A stretch of DNA of 56,131 nucleotides from a virus. The position numbers and the translations under genes are program-made. Location of the stretch: the IMG/VR virus record IMGVR_UViG_3300002143_000137. The stretch is one strand, 5' to 3'. How positions within the stretch are numbered: the stretch's first letter is position 1; the number at the start of each line of letters is the position of its first letter. The notes beneath the pieces were generated by a model. That model saw only the letters and a list, made by a program, of their open reading frames with translations, had not been told where the DNA came from and did no database searches. Below are positions 37,766 through 45,801 of the stretch, in pieces.

Positions 37766-37909
37766 GCTACGCGGTGAGCCATCAACAGTGATGGTTTTTT
37801 CCGAGATGATTTTTAAGACGACCTCGCCAGCACCACTGTCTACGACAGTAATGATAGTGTCGTCGTCAATGCGTAGGGACTGGCCGATACCGCGCGTGAG
37901 AGATAGCAT
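37736..37909 (-). CDS. Divergent CsrA-like small protein (57 aa, below the ORF-track cutoff)
   Basis: GGAGGA lies 6 nt before the ATG. MLSLTRGIGQSLRIDDDTIITVVDSGAGEVVLKIISEKTITVDG aligns without gaps to the phage CsrA, with 16 identities over 44 positions. Confidence 0.6.
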   Translation of the reverse strand: MLSLTRGIGQSLRIDDDTIITVVDSGAGEVVLKIISEKTITVDGSPRSQDIPRHNNS

Positions 37910-37988
37910 GATTGATCCTCCATGATCATTTGCCGAATTACTGTATATTGATTAAAGCAAATGATCTGGCAAGCATCAATGTTGCAGT

Positions 37989-38037
37989 AAAAATAACCCA
38001 TCGTTGCGCGGGACAGAGCCCGCGAACTGGGTGGGTT
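37989..38037 (-). terminator. Rho-independent terminator separating the nin-like region from the late region
   Basis: Minus strand reads AACCCA..CGCGGG-CTCTGT-CCCGCG..TGGGTT followed by ATTTTT. Confidence 0.7.
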
Positions 38038-38043
38038 ATGCCG

Positions 38044-38253
38044 CTAGCAAGGCTCCATGCCTTTTTTGAATATGCGCCACTTTTGGTCAGAGCTGTGCAT
38101 TGGTGTTTTCCGTTGCACATATTCGCCGGAATCGGTCAGGCTCCTTATCATCATATCGCCAGCAGGCTCGTAATCGTCCCGAATGTGAGCGGTTAATACC
38201 CCTTCCCTCCCGCTGCTATCAATTCGATTTTTAAGTTGGTCAATTTCACTCAT
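38044..38253 (-). CDS. Hypothetical protein (69 aa)
   Basis: ORF only. Confidence 0.4.
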   Translation of the reverse strand: MSEIDQLKNRIDSSGREGVLTAHIRDDYEPAGDMMIRSLTDSGEYVQRKTPMHSSDQKWRIFKKGMEPC

Positions 38254-38599
38254 TAAATTTCAACCCTTCTACAGTTAACACACCATCGACCACTCTTGCC
38301 TTAACCGTGCAATCTTTGTCCTTGCCAGCAGGGTCTACACCAATAAATACGCGGCCCTCATTAGAATACTTGCTGTACCCACCCCGAATAATCTCAATGG
38401 TTTTGGGGTGCGCGTAAATTGCACCATATAGCTCAACAACTGGGCGCGTATAAATAAAGCCAAACCGCTTATCCCACTTCTTTTGAATACGCGCATGGTA
38501 AGATTTGCGCATCCATTTGCGGCGACGATGCACTCTAGCCGACTTGCTATCAATCTCATTAAGGTAAGGATTTTCTATTAGCTTTACGCCGCCTATCAC
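38246..38599 (-). CDS. Hypothetical protein (117 aa)
   Basis: ORF only. Confidence 0.45.
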   Translation of the reverse strand: MIGGVKLIENPYLNEIDSKSARVHRRRKWMRKSYHARIQKKWDKRFGFIYTRPVVELYGAIYAHPKTIEIIRGGYSKYSNEGRVFIGVDPAGKDKDCTVKARVVDGVLTVEGLKFNE

Positions 38600-38967
38600 C
38601 GCCAGCCCTCCACAATAATGCCACCCGGCACTAACTGCTGAAGCACCGCAGCCCGCTCGTATATTGTCGGTTGCCGGAGCCAGTTAGCCCCATAAATACT
38701 CTTCGCCTTAATTTCACAAACACTACTGATTTCAATCCATTCACCCCTCGCAGCAATGAGCACTCTCGCCAGCGGAGGATTATTAGGCAGAATGCCCTCC
38801 CCATATTCCCTTACGCGCCACCCCCACCAAGTCTTTTGCACTCCGCATGACTTATCGCCACTTGCATAACGCCGCTTCACAGCGTCGTGGGTGAATTTAT
38901 ACGAAAAATGCTCTAATAGCATTAGTGCTGCGGCTATTACTGCAAGCAGCGCCATAAATTCAGCCAT
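38596..38967 (-). CDS. Hypothetical protein with an N-terminal TM segment (123 aa)
   Basis: MAEFMALLAVIAAALMLL. Confidence 0.45.
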   Translation of the reverse strand: MAEFMALLAVIAAALMLLEHFSYKFTHDAVKRRYASGDKSCGVQKTWWGWRVREYGEGILPNNPPLARVLIAARGEWIEISSVCEIKAKSIYGANWLRQPTIYERAAVLQQLVPGGIIVEGWR

Positions 38968-39229
38968 GCTCTTGCCTCTCCTGCCTCTTTCGCCGCTTAC
39001 TCAGGTTTATCGGGCCAAGCACACTAAGTACCCCTCTCTGCAAACATCCGCAACTTTGGGTTCTCCCTGAGCGCAACATCGAGCCAATCTTTATGGTTTC
39101 CTCGCCGCAGTCGCACTTGCATAACCATTGTGCTTTTCTGTGCTTATTGGATGCCGCTCTCTCAATAACAACTAATCGGCCAAATCGCTTTCCGCTTATA
39201 CTCATTACCCGCCTCTCGTCGGTTTCCAC
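38960..39229 (-). CDS. Cys-rich zinc-finger-like protein (89 aa)
   Basis: WLCKCDCGEE...SCGC. Confidence 0.5.
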   Translation of the reverse strand: METDERRVMSISGKRFGRLVVIERAASNKHRKAQWLCKCDCGEETIKIGSMLRSGRTQSCGCLQRGVLSVLGPINLSKRRKRQERQEHG

Positions 39230-39660
39230 GCCAATATCGCAGCCTTAGCCGCAACCCCACTTTGCTTTACCCGCTTAACACCTAAATCAGCCAAGCGAAC
39301 ATGCTGCTTATCGTCGCTTAACGCGACCAAACCCAATGACTCAAGATCGACCAAGGTGTCGCGCAAAATCTTGGGCGCCACTGGCACCTTATGCGCCAAA
39401 TTACTAATGGCCGACCACTTGTATTCACTCTCACTAATATTTATCAGCGTTTGGTCCACAAAGTAATCAGTCGGAAAAGCGAGCGGCGGGTAGTAACGAT
39501 CTGCAATCACACGCACAAAACCTAGCGAGGCGTGAAACTGCGCAATCCTTGCCACCGTTCGCCGTTTTACCCTGGGGCGACGAGCACAAATTTCACAGAC
39601 TGAAATACCGGCATCACCAGACTGCATAATTAGCTCTCTTGTAATTGCGGCTGTGCTCAA
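39205..39660 (-). CDS. Winged-helix-like hypothetical protein (151 aa, start uncertain)
   Basis: ORF. The wHTH call rests on weak pattern only. Confidence 0.4.
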   Translation of the reverse strand: MSTAAITRELIMQSGDAGISVCEICARRPRVKRRTVARIAQFHASLGFVRVIADRYYPPLAFPTDYFVDQTLINISESEYKWSAISNLAHKVPVAPKILRDTLVDLESLGLVALSDDKQHVRLADLGVKRVKQSGVAAKAAILAWKPTRGG

Positions 39661-39685
39661 ATACTCGCCCTCCGGCCAAGGATGG

Positions 39686-39949
39686 TTAATGTTTAGTCTC
39701 GCCAGTTTTGATTATCGTGCCTTGCCTTGCCGCAATCCCCAGCAAGGTCTTGCCGGTCATAATTTCCAGTTTTTTCTGTAATTTCTCAAAGCGCAACATA
39801 TCAGCCTCCATTTGGGGGTCTGGGTTGTCGTTATTATCATCATCTTCTTTAGTTGCGCGCGCGGTCATCGCAATAATCGTTACCGCTGAAACAATGTCCT
39901 CCAGCTCATATTCATCAATTTCAATCACGCCTCTTGCTTCGTGTTGCAT
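39686..39949 (-). CDS. Acidic hypothetical protein (87 aa)
   Basis: ORF only. Confidence 0.4.
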   Translation of the reverse strand: MQHEARGVIEIDEYELEDIVSAVTIIAMTARATKEDDDNNDNPDPQMEADMLRFEKLQKKLEIMTGKTLLGIAARQGTIIKTGETKH

Positions 39950-39965
39950 TGTTATCCCCTATTAA

Positions 39966-40352
39966 TTATTGCGGACCTTTTAACACATGCTCTTTTGGTG
40001 TGAGCGGTAATGCCATATAGCTTTTGATTGTGCTTTGCGCTGCTGCGTAGCCTTTCGCCCAGGTAGCAAACCACCCTTCCTCAGCAAAGCTATCTAACCA
40101 ATCAAACTGGTCGGCGGTCGGCTTTGGTCCTTTATCCGCTTTTAGCTCAATCGCCAACCCGGTAAAACCGCCCCGGCGTTGCACTAATATCAAGTCTGAA
40201 AATCCGCTACTCACGCCCATTTTCTTTTGCTTAACGCGGTACTGCACTTTGTGCTGCCCCTCGTTTGGGCTGTGGTGTAGCTTCTTTGCCGCCTTCGGGT
40301 ATTGCAGTTGAAACCACTCAACTAGGGCGATCTGAATTTGCTCCTCCGTCAT
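39966..40352 (-). CDS. VRR-NUC domain nuclease
   Basis: PD-(D/E)xK pattern: GVSSGFSDLILV...GLAIELKADKGPKPTADQFDWL. Confidence 0.75.
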   Translation of the reverse strand: MTEEQIQIALVEWFQLQYPKAAKKLHHSPNEGQHKVQYRVKQKKMGVSSGFSDLILVQRRGGFTGLAIELKADKGPKPTADQFDWLDSFAEEGWFATWAKGYAAAQSTIKSYMALPLTPKEHVLKGPQ

Positions 40353-40355
40353 CGT

Positions 40356-40568
40356 TTACGCCGCCTCTTTGTGCTTGTCGGCCAGCTCTTGGTCATAACG
40401 GCCAAGGTGAATCACGCCAATGATCGCCGCTGCTCGCGCCTCAATATTTTCAATGTGGTCCAGCCGTACACGCCGCCTAAACTCATAATTTTTTGCGCTG
40501 TTACGCGATTCAGTCATTTCCAGTGCTACCAGCGACTGCTTTGCTAAAGCCTTACTTGCCACCAACAT
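40356..40568 (-). CDS. Hypothetical protein (70 aa)
   Basis: ORF only. Confidence 0.4.
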   Translation of the reverse strand: MLVASKALAKQSLVALEMTESRNSAKNYEFRRRVRLDHIENIEARAAAIIGVIHLGRYDQELADKHKEAA

Positions 40569-40577
40569 ATCTAAACC

Positions 40578-40910
40578 TCACATTTCTGAAATTAACTGGT
40601 TAACATCAATAACCAAATCACGACACTTACTCAAAAGCGCCAGCTCAGTGCCGTACTCACGCGCAAACGCCTTGCGGCCATTGCCGTGCAAACTGATCCA
40701 TAGCGGGTTTGAAAAGGTACTAGGGATGCGGTGATGGTTGCAGCACAGTGGTATTGTCTTAAAGTGGCAGCCCGGTTTGCGGCTACCATCAATGTGGTGG
40801 ATTTCAGGCGGCGTAAATACCGATAAGTGCAGCCTGCAAACAATGCAGCCTAAATTTGCAATGGCATTCAGCCAGATTTTCTCGTCTTTTGTGGGGGTTC
40901 TACCGTTCAT
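40578..40910 (-). CDS. Ref-like HNH nuclease (recombination enhancement family)
   Basis: GCIVCRLH...EIHHIDG...IPLCCNHHR...FAREYGTE. Confidence 0.65.
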   Translation of the reverse strand: MNGRTPTKDEKIWLNAIANLGCIVCRLHLSVFTPPEIHHIDGSRKPGCHFKTIPLCCNHHRIPSTFSNPLWISLHGNGRKAFAREYGTELALLSKCRDLVIDVNQLISEM

Positions 40911-41451
40911 TAATGGCAGCCTCAGCAGGCATGTAGCCAAGGTTCCGCATTAAGAACCGCGACATTTCTTTGGCTATATGTGTTTTAGCGTCGGGCAAAT
41001 AACGCAGCGACATATCGTCTATTGCATAGCCAACATTTTGCTCTTGGTACTCAATGCGAAAATGTACGCGCTTGCGTAACTCGTCAACGATGTGGCCGCC
41101 ATGAATAATCGGCAGCACTTGCTCTAAGAATGCTGTGGCAGGCAGCTCGTTTTGAAGCACCCCCATAGGCGGTCTGTGCCGTCTTTCTACGGCTCTGCGC
41201 CACCCCCTATTTAGCGAATCTAGGTGCTTAATTTCTACTGCCGATGGAGGCAGCGTCACAAAGTGATTGCCCAGTACTGCCGCAGTCTCCTCAACTATTT
41301 CCGCGTTCCGGCGACCCAAAAATTCAAGCGTCTGCATTGCTTCCTCAAGCTCAGTAATGCGCTTTAAGGCCGCTCTCTTCTGATTCCGCCCATACCGCTT
41401 ACTCACTACCTCACCCCCGCTATTCTTGAAATAAAAAACGCCATGCCGCAT
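40900..41451 (-). CDS. Hypothetical protein (about 183 aa, start uncertain)
   Basis: ORF. A 51-aa hydrophobic ORF (41409-41564), coupled by ATGA to the ninB stop, may occupy the 5' part. Confidence 0.45.
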   Translation of the reverse strand: MRHGVFYFKNSGGEVVSKRYGRNQKRAALKRITELEEAMQTLEFLGRRNAEIVEETAAVLGNHFVTLPPSAVEIKHLDSLNRGWRRAVERRHRPPMGVLQNELPATAFLEQVLPIIHGGHIVDELRKRVHFRIEYQEQNVGYAIDDMSLRYLPDAKTHIAKEMSRFLMRNLGYMPAEAAINER

Positions 41452-41560
41452 ATCGCTAAACAAAAATCGAAACCCGCCGTGGAAAATGGTGGCGCACCGT
41501 CTTGCAGGTCAAAGTGCCTTGCTAGTGCGACTAAAGTGCATATCAGTAAACCGAGTACGT

Positions 41561-42016
41561 TCATGCCGCAGCCCGCCATAATTCCTCTGCCGCCTTTGGT
41601 GGCTCACTCCAGCGCACACCCTTTTCCGCACCAAAGGCGTAAATCAGCTCGACCAAATCACAAAACTTCTTTTTGCTTAGCGACCGCGTACTTAAGCCCA
41701 GCATGACCATGCGGCCATCAAGGCCCATCGCCATGCGCGCTTCCTGTTGCAGTGACGCGGTAAACACATCCTTCCAATCTTCCTTGCTTGCCCAAACCGG
41801 CCAGCCATTGATGTGCATTTGCACCTGTTTGGCCACGTCATTAAGCATCGGCCAGAGTTTTTTGTTTTGATCTATAGTGCGACGAGGACGGCAAATAATT
41901 AACTGCACTGCGCCAGCCGGTAATCCCGCTAGCATCCAATGGCGAGCCCACTGCAAGCCTTTCCCTATCTCGTCGTTGTTATTAACGACTAGGACGAGTT
42001 CTTTGCGCTTGGTCAC
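41561..42016 (-). CDS. ninB: NinB-like recombination protein
   Basis: RRTIDQNKKLWPMLNDVAKQV...SKEDWKDVFTASL. Confidence 0.75.
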   Translation of the reverse strand: MTKRKELVLVVNNNDEIGKGLQWARHWMLAGLPAGAVQLIICRPRRTIDQNKKLWPMLNDVAKQVQMHINGWPVWASKEDWKDVFTASLQQEARMAMGLDGRMVMLGLSTRSLSKKKFCDLVELIYAFGAEKGVRWSEPPKAAEELWRAAA

Positions 42017-42351
42017 CCCGGCGACTCCGGCTTAATTTCAGGGCTTTTCACGGTTAAGGGATTAACACTCAAGGCGTACTTGTAAAGCCCTCGACCAAAG
42101 TGCTGTTTAGTGACTGTATGGCCGCCAAAGCGAGGTTTACGCAAGTGCCGAAGCTGTGCACTCACGCTGCTTTCTGGGTCGCCAGTGCTGACGCTAATCT
42201 CAGTAAGCGACCGGGGCTTACCATCGCGCATGAGCGCAAAAATACGACTCGTTTGGCTGGTTAAGCGAATATTGTCTCGCGCACTATCGTAGTCCGGGCC
42301 GTTAAACCGCGCAGTTTTATGGTCGATGTCGAGTGCTGCGTGCTGATTCAT
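42013..42351 (-). CDS. wHTH protein in the replication module (112 aa)
   Basis: RIFALMRDGKPRSLTEISVSTGDPESSVSAQLRHLRK. Confidence 0.5.
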   Translation of the reverse strand: MNQHAALDIDHKTARFNGPDYDSARDNIRLTSQTSRIFALMRDGKPRSLTEISVSTGDPESSVSAQLRHLRKPRFGGHTVTKQHFGRGLYKYALSVNPLTVKSPEIKPESPG

Positions 42352-43151
42352 AGTCCGTCCGCCCATGATCTATCGGTGTGCTTGCTCACGAAGCCGGCGC
42401 TATCCGGTGCCTTCACTGGCGGCGCCAACCACTCTGCTCCGTAGCGCTTCCACTGCTGCGGACAGCGCTGAAGAAACGAGGCGTCCCAAGAAGTCTTTGG
42501 CGCCCCACGATCACGCCAATAGGTTTTAAACTCGGCAAGCTGCTCGATGATGAATTGTTCGGGAATCTTGTGGATGACTTGCAAAAACTCCATCGTTGCC
42601 TCGGCCGGCAACCACTCGTCGATAACACTTTGGAAATTTTCAATCTTTCGCGCTGGCGGCGGTGCGTCAGCACCAATGTTGTAAATAGGTGAAGGTGAAG
42701 GTGAAGGTGAAGGTGAAGGTGAAGGTGAAGGGCATTCCTCATGCACTGCTTGAGGAATGCTTGGAGCATTACTTGAGGAGGTCTTTACAGGCTCACCCTC
42801 TTTATTTTTGTCTTTCCCCCACCTAGCCGCTGCTGCGCGCTCCGCTTTTTCCTTCGCGACACGCTTTTTCGCATACGCCGAACTCAATTCTTGTTCTATG
42901 CGCTTATGCTTCCAGCATCCTTGATCTATGCTAAAGAAATGCTCCAAGCATCCTCTAGCATTGCTCCAAGCATTCAATGACATGCGGGTAATAGACGCCA
43001 AGGTTTGATCGTTATCCGGTAACGGGCCATTCATCCAATAGTCCATTATCAGCAGCATGTAAGCACCGTGCATTTCGGTCGTTAGGCGCGACGTACCTGC
43101 TAGGTAGTCGCCGATATACAGCGGCATAAAGACATCAGGCTTATCCATCAC
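42348..43151 (-). CDS. DUF1376 (YdaU-like) replication-module protein with an (SP)7 linker
   Basis: FMPLYIGDYLAGTSRLTTEMHGAYMLLIMDYWMNGPLP. Confidence 0.7.
   Translation of the reverse strand: MMDKPDVFMPLYIGDYLAGTSRLTTEMHGAYMLLIMDYWMNGPLPDNDQTLASITRMSLNAWSNARGCLEHFFSIDQGCWKHKRIEQELSSAYAKKRVAKEKAERAAAARWGKDKNKEGEPVKTSSSNAPSIPQAVHEECPSPSPSPSPSPSPSPIYNIGADAPPPARKIENFQSVIDEWLPAEATMEFLQVIHKIPEQFIIEQLAEFKTYWRDRGAPKTSWDASFLQRCPQQWKRYGAEWLAPPVKAPDSAGFVSKHTDRSWADGL
42688..42729. repeat. Hexanucleotide microsatellite GGTGAA x7 (coding)
   Basis: Read directly. Encodes SPSPSPSPSPSPSP on the minus strand. Confidence 0.95.
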
Positions 43152-43438
43152 TCTTCTCCACGGTACTCAAGTGATTCGGCGCCCTTGATTGAAGCCATAT
43201 GCTGTTTGGCGATCAGAATGTAGGGCTCAATATCTTCCGGCCGGTAGCACTTGGTGTCGACTGGCACGACCTTTAATTCAAGCGTCTCTAAAAGAATTGC
43301 AATCTTTGGTAGCTGTTCGCTCTGGAGTCGACTAACGGTCGACTCAGATACATCCATCGCTGTCGCGCAGGCTGACTGTCCGACCTTTGCAAGTCGCTGC
43401 AAAATTAGCGATTCATACTTGCGGGCGTTTTCATGCAT
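43148..43438 (-). CDS. cII: CII-like transcriptional activator
   Basis: ESLILQRLAKVGQSACATAMDVSESTVSRLQSEQLPKIAILLETLEL aligns with the lambda CII HTH region. Confidence 0.65.
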   Translation of the reverse strand: MHENARKYESLILQRLAKVGQSACATAMDVSESTVSRLQSEQLPKIAILLETLELKVVPVDTKCYRPEDIEPYILIAKQHMASIKGAESLEYRGEE

Positions 43439-43462
43439 AACAGCGCACCTTTCTAGTTAGAG

Positions 43463-43702
43463 TTAACAGTTGTTGCTGGTAGTTTGCAGAGGAGCTTCAA
43501 TGTCATATCTTTCGGGGTAAAGAATTTCCAGCTCGCTCATTTCCCCATTTGAAGCCGCTGCCAATCGCTCAGCGAGTTTTTTCCCGCAAGAGCCCTTGGC
43601 TATTGCGATAAGCTTAAAATTATCGAAATTAGTACCGGCACTACTGCAGACGGCGCTTACACGGTCGCGATCATAGGTTTTGTAAAACTGTCGTGGAGTC
43701 AT
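43463..43702 (-). CDS. Cro-like early regulator (79 aa)
   Basis: First gene transcribed from the PR-like promoter, divergent from cI. GGAGGGA SD present. Confidence 0.55.
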   Translation of the reverse strand: MTPRQFYKTYDRDRVSAVCSSAGTNFDNFKLIAIAKGSCGKKLAERLAAASNGEMSELEILYPERYDIEAPLQTTSNNC

Positions 43703-43732
43703 GCTTCCCTCCAGGGTGATAAATTTGAGGCA

Positions 43733-43804
43733 ATATTAGTGTTTTAGTAACATTTGGTCAATATTACTTTACTACTAACTATTAGTGTTTTACTCCAATA
43801 CAAT
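43733..43804. promoter_or_regulatory. OR-like operator cluster with divergent PR-like and PRM-like promoters
   Basis: 21-bp sites at 43733, 43761 and 43779 (ATATTA-N9-TAATAT family). PR on the minus strand: TTGACC, 17 nt, TAATAT. PRM -10 TACAAT at 43799-43804, 7 nt before the cI ATG. Confidence 0.65.
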
Positions 43805-43810
43805 ACGATT

Positions 43811-44176
43811 ATGGAAATCACTGAAGTACGACGAGAAAACTTCCGCTACCTAGCCGACAAAATAGGCAGGAGCGCGCTCGCCCAAAAAATGGGTTACAAC
43901 GATGTGGGGTACATTAATGGCTTGCACGCAGGTCACGGCAGTTTTGGAGGGAGAACGGCGCGGAAAGTAGAAAAATCGCTAGGCCTTGAAAACGGGTGGA
44001 TGGATGTCGCTCACCCCGAAATTACATCTCTAGGAACGGATTCGGGTCAAATACCTGTCGAAGAATTGATAAGAATTTCTGGGCGTCTAAAGGATTTAGC
44101 CCCGGAAAACATTGCAGCGTTAGAGGCATTTCTTGACAGCTTGATTGCTCGAACAAATCAACAGCCTGGGAAATAA
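43811..44176 (+). CDS. cI: CI-like repressor, HTH only, no S24 peptidase domain (121 aa)
   Basis: MEITEVRRENFRYLADKIGRSALAQKMGYNDVGYINGL...RTARKVEKSLGLENGWMD. No SD upstream, so probably leaderless. Confidence 0.7.
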   Translation: MEITEVRRENFRYLADKIGRSALAQKMGYNDVGYINGLHAGHGSFGGRTARKVEKSLGLENGWMDVAHPEITSLGTDSGQIPVEELIRISGRLKDLAPENIAALEAFLDSLIARTNQQPGK

Positions 44177-44433
44177 ACACCTCAAATCGAGCCCGCTCCG
44201 GCTCCATTAAGCCAGATAAAACAACATTCAATACTTCTAGGGTTAAGTTAGTCATGGCAACTCCTTTGGCATGCGCAGTAGATTCATATCTGATTATAAA
44301 AATAGAACTCTTAATACTTGAGTGCTGGCACTGACACTAACAGCTGGCGCAGCAGCGGCGGCCAAAATGCATTAATTGAAATAAAATTACCAGAAAATTT
44401 TAAAACCTATGTGGTCCGTATAAAGGTGCTTCC

Positions 44434-44619
44434 ATGACAAATAAATCCGCTTTTGTGATCGCCATTGCAATTATTATTCACGCAATCCTCTACGCGGGAT
44501 CGCATCGTTATCTGGCAGTGCCGTCTCCACTAGCAAATATAATCATTACAAAAGACACATGGACTGGCACGGTTAAGGTCTGCAATTACAACAACTGCCA
44601 ATCCAGCCAGTCAAAATAG
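44434..44619 (+). CDS. Small membrane-anchored protein in the immunity region (61 aa)
   Basis: FVIAIAIIIHAILYAG is a TM segment. Lies between cI and OL/PL and is followed by a terminator. Confidence 0.55.
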   Translation: MTNKSAFVIAIAIIIHAILYAGSHRYLAVPSPLANIIITKDTWTGTVKVCNYNNCQSSQSK

Positions 44620-44645
44620 CTCCCCCCCTTAAATAATTGTTTCTC

Positions 44646-44671
44646 AAAACCGCCCAACAGCGGTTTTTTTT
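44646..44671 (+). terminator. Rho-independent terminator
   Basis: AAAACCGC-CCAACA-GCGGTTTT followed by a T-run. Confidence 0.8.
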
Positions 44672-44685
44672 CATCCCAAGAATTT

Positions 44686-44741
44686 ATATTACTGTTTTAC
44701 TAATATTTACCCTTGACTGAATATTTGTATTTTACTAATAT
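44686..44741 (+). promoter_or_regulatory. OL/PL-like element: two 21-bp operators around a near-consensus promoter
   Basis: ATATTACTGTTTTACTAATAT (44686) and ATATTTGTATTTTACTAATAT (44721). TTGACT at 44713, 17 nt, TAATAT at 44736. Confidence 0.7.
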
Positions 44742-44885
44742 TTATTCATACCGAACACCCCCCACGTCCGAGTACGGGCCGCGACAAGGGATAAGGAGTT
44801 GACCCGCTCCGGTGTTGCTAAAGGCTTACCGAAAGGCGCTAGCGGCAGGTAATTAACCTAACCCAAATTGCAAAAGGAAATTGAA

Positions 44886-45257
44886 ATGTCGAAAGAAGCT
44901 ATCGCAGAAATCATTGAGAGCGCCCTAAGAAAATCGGCGCAAGCTCGCGATGAAAAGCCAACCGCGCTACAGAATGAAGCTGCTGGCGAACAGCTCAAAG
45001 AGTGGTTTTCGGTCTACGGTGAGAAGCACACTTTTCATCCTGGCCAGCTTTTAACCATAAAGCCAGGCATCCCCTCGCCCTACAAGCTCATTGAGCACGG
45101 TACGCCTGTTGTTTACGTTCGGGCGGTCACTAACGAAGACAGATCGAGCCGCGATCACGGCGATAATTTTTTAAGCGAAGACTTTATAGGCGGCAAACAC
45201 ATTCACGGCAAATTTGTGATGTTTACTTTCGACGCCGGATTTTTCCAACCACTCTAA
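44886..45257 (+). CDS. Hypothetical first gene of the early-left operon (123 aa)
   Basis: AAGGAA lies before the ATG at 44886. Confidence 0.55.
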   Translation: MSKEAIAEIIESALRKSAQARDEKPTALQNEAAGEQLKEWFSVYGEKHTFHPGQLLTIKPGIPSPYKLIEHGTPVVYVRAVTNEDRSSRDHGDNFLSEDFIGGKHIHGKFVMFTFDAGFFQPL

Positions 45258-45272
45258 TCACCTGGGACTTTG

Positions 45273-45297
45273 CCCCTCTCTGCGGAGGGGATTTTTT
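45273..45297 (+). terminator. Rho-independent terminator / attenuator
   Basis: CCCCTC-TCTGCG-GAGGGG followed by ATTTTTT. Confidence 0.7.
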
Positions 45298-45319
45298 AGC
45301 CAATAAAGGGAGTTAACCC

Positions 45320-45628
45320 ATGAATCTAAGCAACTATCCAGACAATATTCGCAGCTTCGACCATTGTCCAGGTAGCCCGTTTTATAGCGGCCCTATTATG
45401 ACTGACAGCGAAATGCTTGAAGTTGAGTTGGATGGCATTCTTGAGAATGAAATGGATGATCTTTTTGGCGAGTCCATTACCGAAAGCCCTGAATTTAAAG
45501 CCATTGTCGCTGCCGCCAATCTCGGCAAAGCAAAGGAACTACTGCTCCTTATTCAAACTGCGCGCGCCCGGTACGCGCAAGAGGTCGCGATAGCGCGCGT
45601 TAAAAACGGCGCCTGTCTCTGGGTGTAA
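45320..45628 (+). CDS. Acidic hypothetical protein (102 aa)
   Basis: ORF with an SD (AAAGGGAG). Confidence 0.5.
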   Translation: MNLSNYPDNIRSFDHCPGSPFYSGPIMTDSEMLEVELDGILENEMDDLFGESITESPEFKAIVAAANLGKAKELLLLIQTARARYAQEVAIARVKNGACLWV

Positions 45629-45801
45629 CTATGAAGCGCCTTGATCCCAGCCTTACTCAACAAGACCTTATTCGCATGTTTGGACTGCGGTTTCGTCTGC
45701 GCTGGAGGCGAGAATGAAAGCACTGCTGATTTTAATTTTAGCCTTACTTGCACACAGCTGCGCAGTAAATGAAGACACACGGCACACGGAGAGCGTGAAC
45801 A

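Noticed and set aside
42688-42729. The tandem repeats here and at 27245-27278 could be iterons or a CRISPR-like array.
   Set aside because: The units are 6 and 9 bp with no spacers, and they are in frame inside CDSs, encoding SP and APV linkers. No CRISPR repeat-spacer architecture exists anywhere in the window.
43754-43810. N-terminal extension of cI suggested by the ORF track (MVNITLLLTISVLLQYNTI...).
   Set aside because: The extension is read through the operator/promoter DNA from a non-ATG start. The HTH protein begins naturally at the ATG at 43811.
44022-44255. 77-aa minus-strand ORF with a good AAGGAG SD at 44255.
   Set aside because: Two thirds of it overlaps the 3' end of cI on the opposite strand, and it has no recognisable motif. 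I keep it only as a possibility. It could be an antisense-encoded peptide, but the evidence is insufficient.
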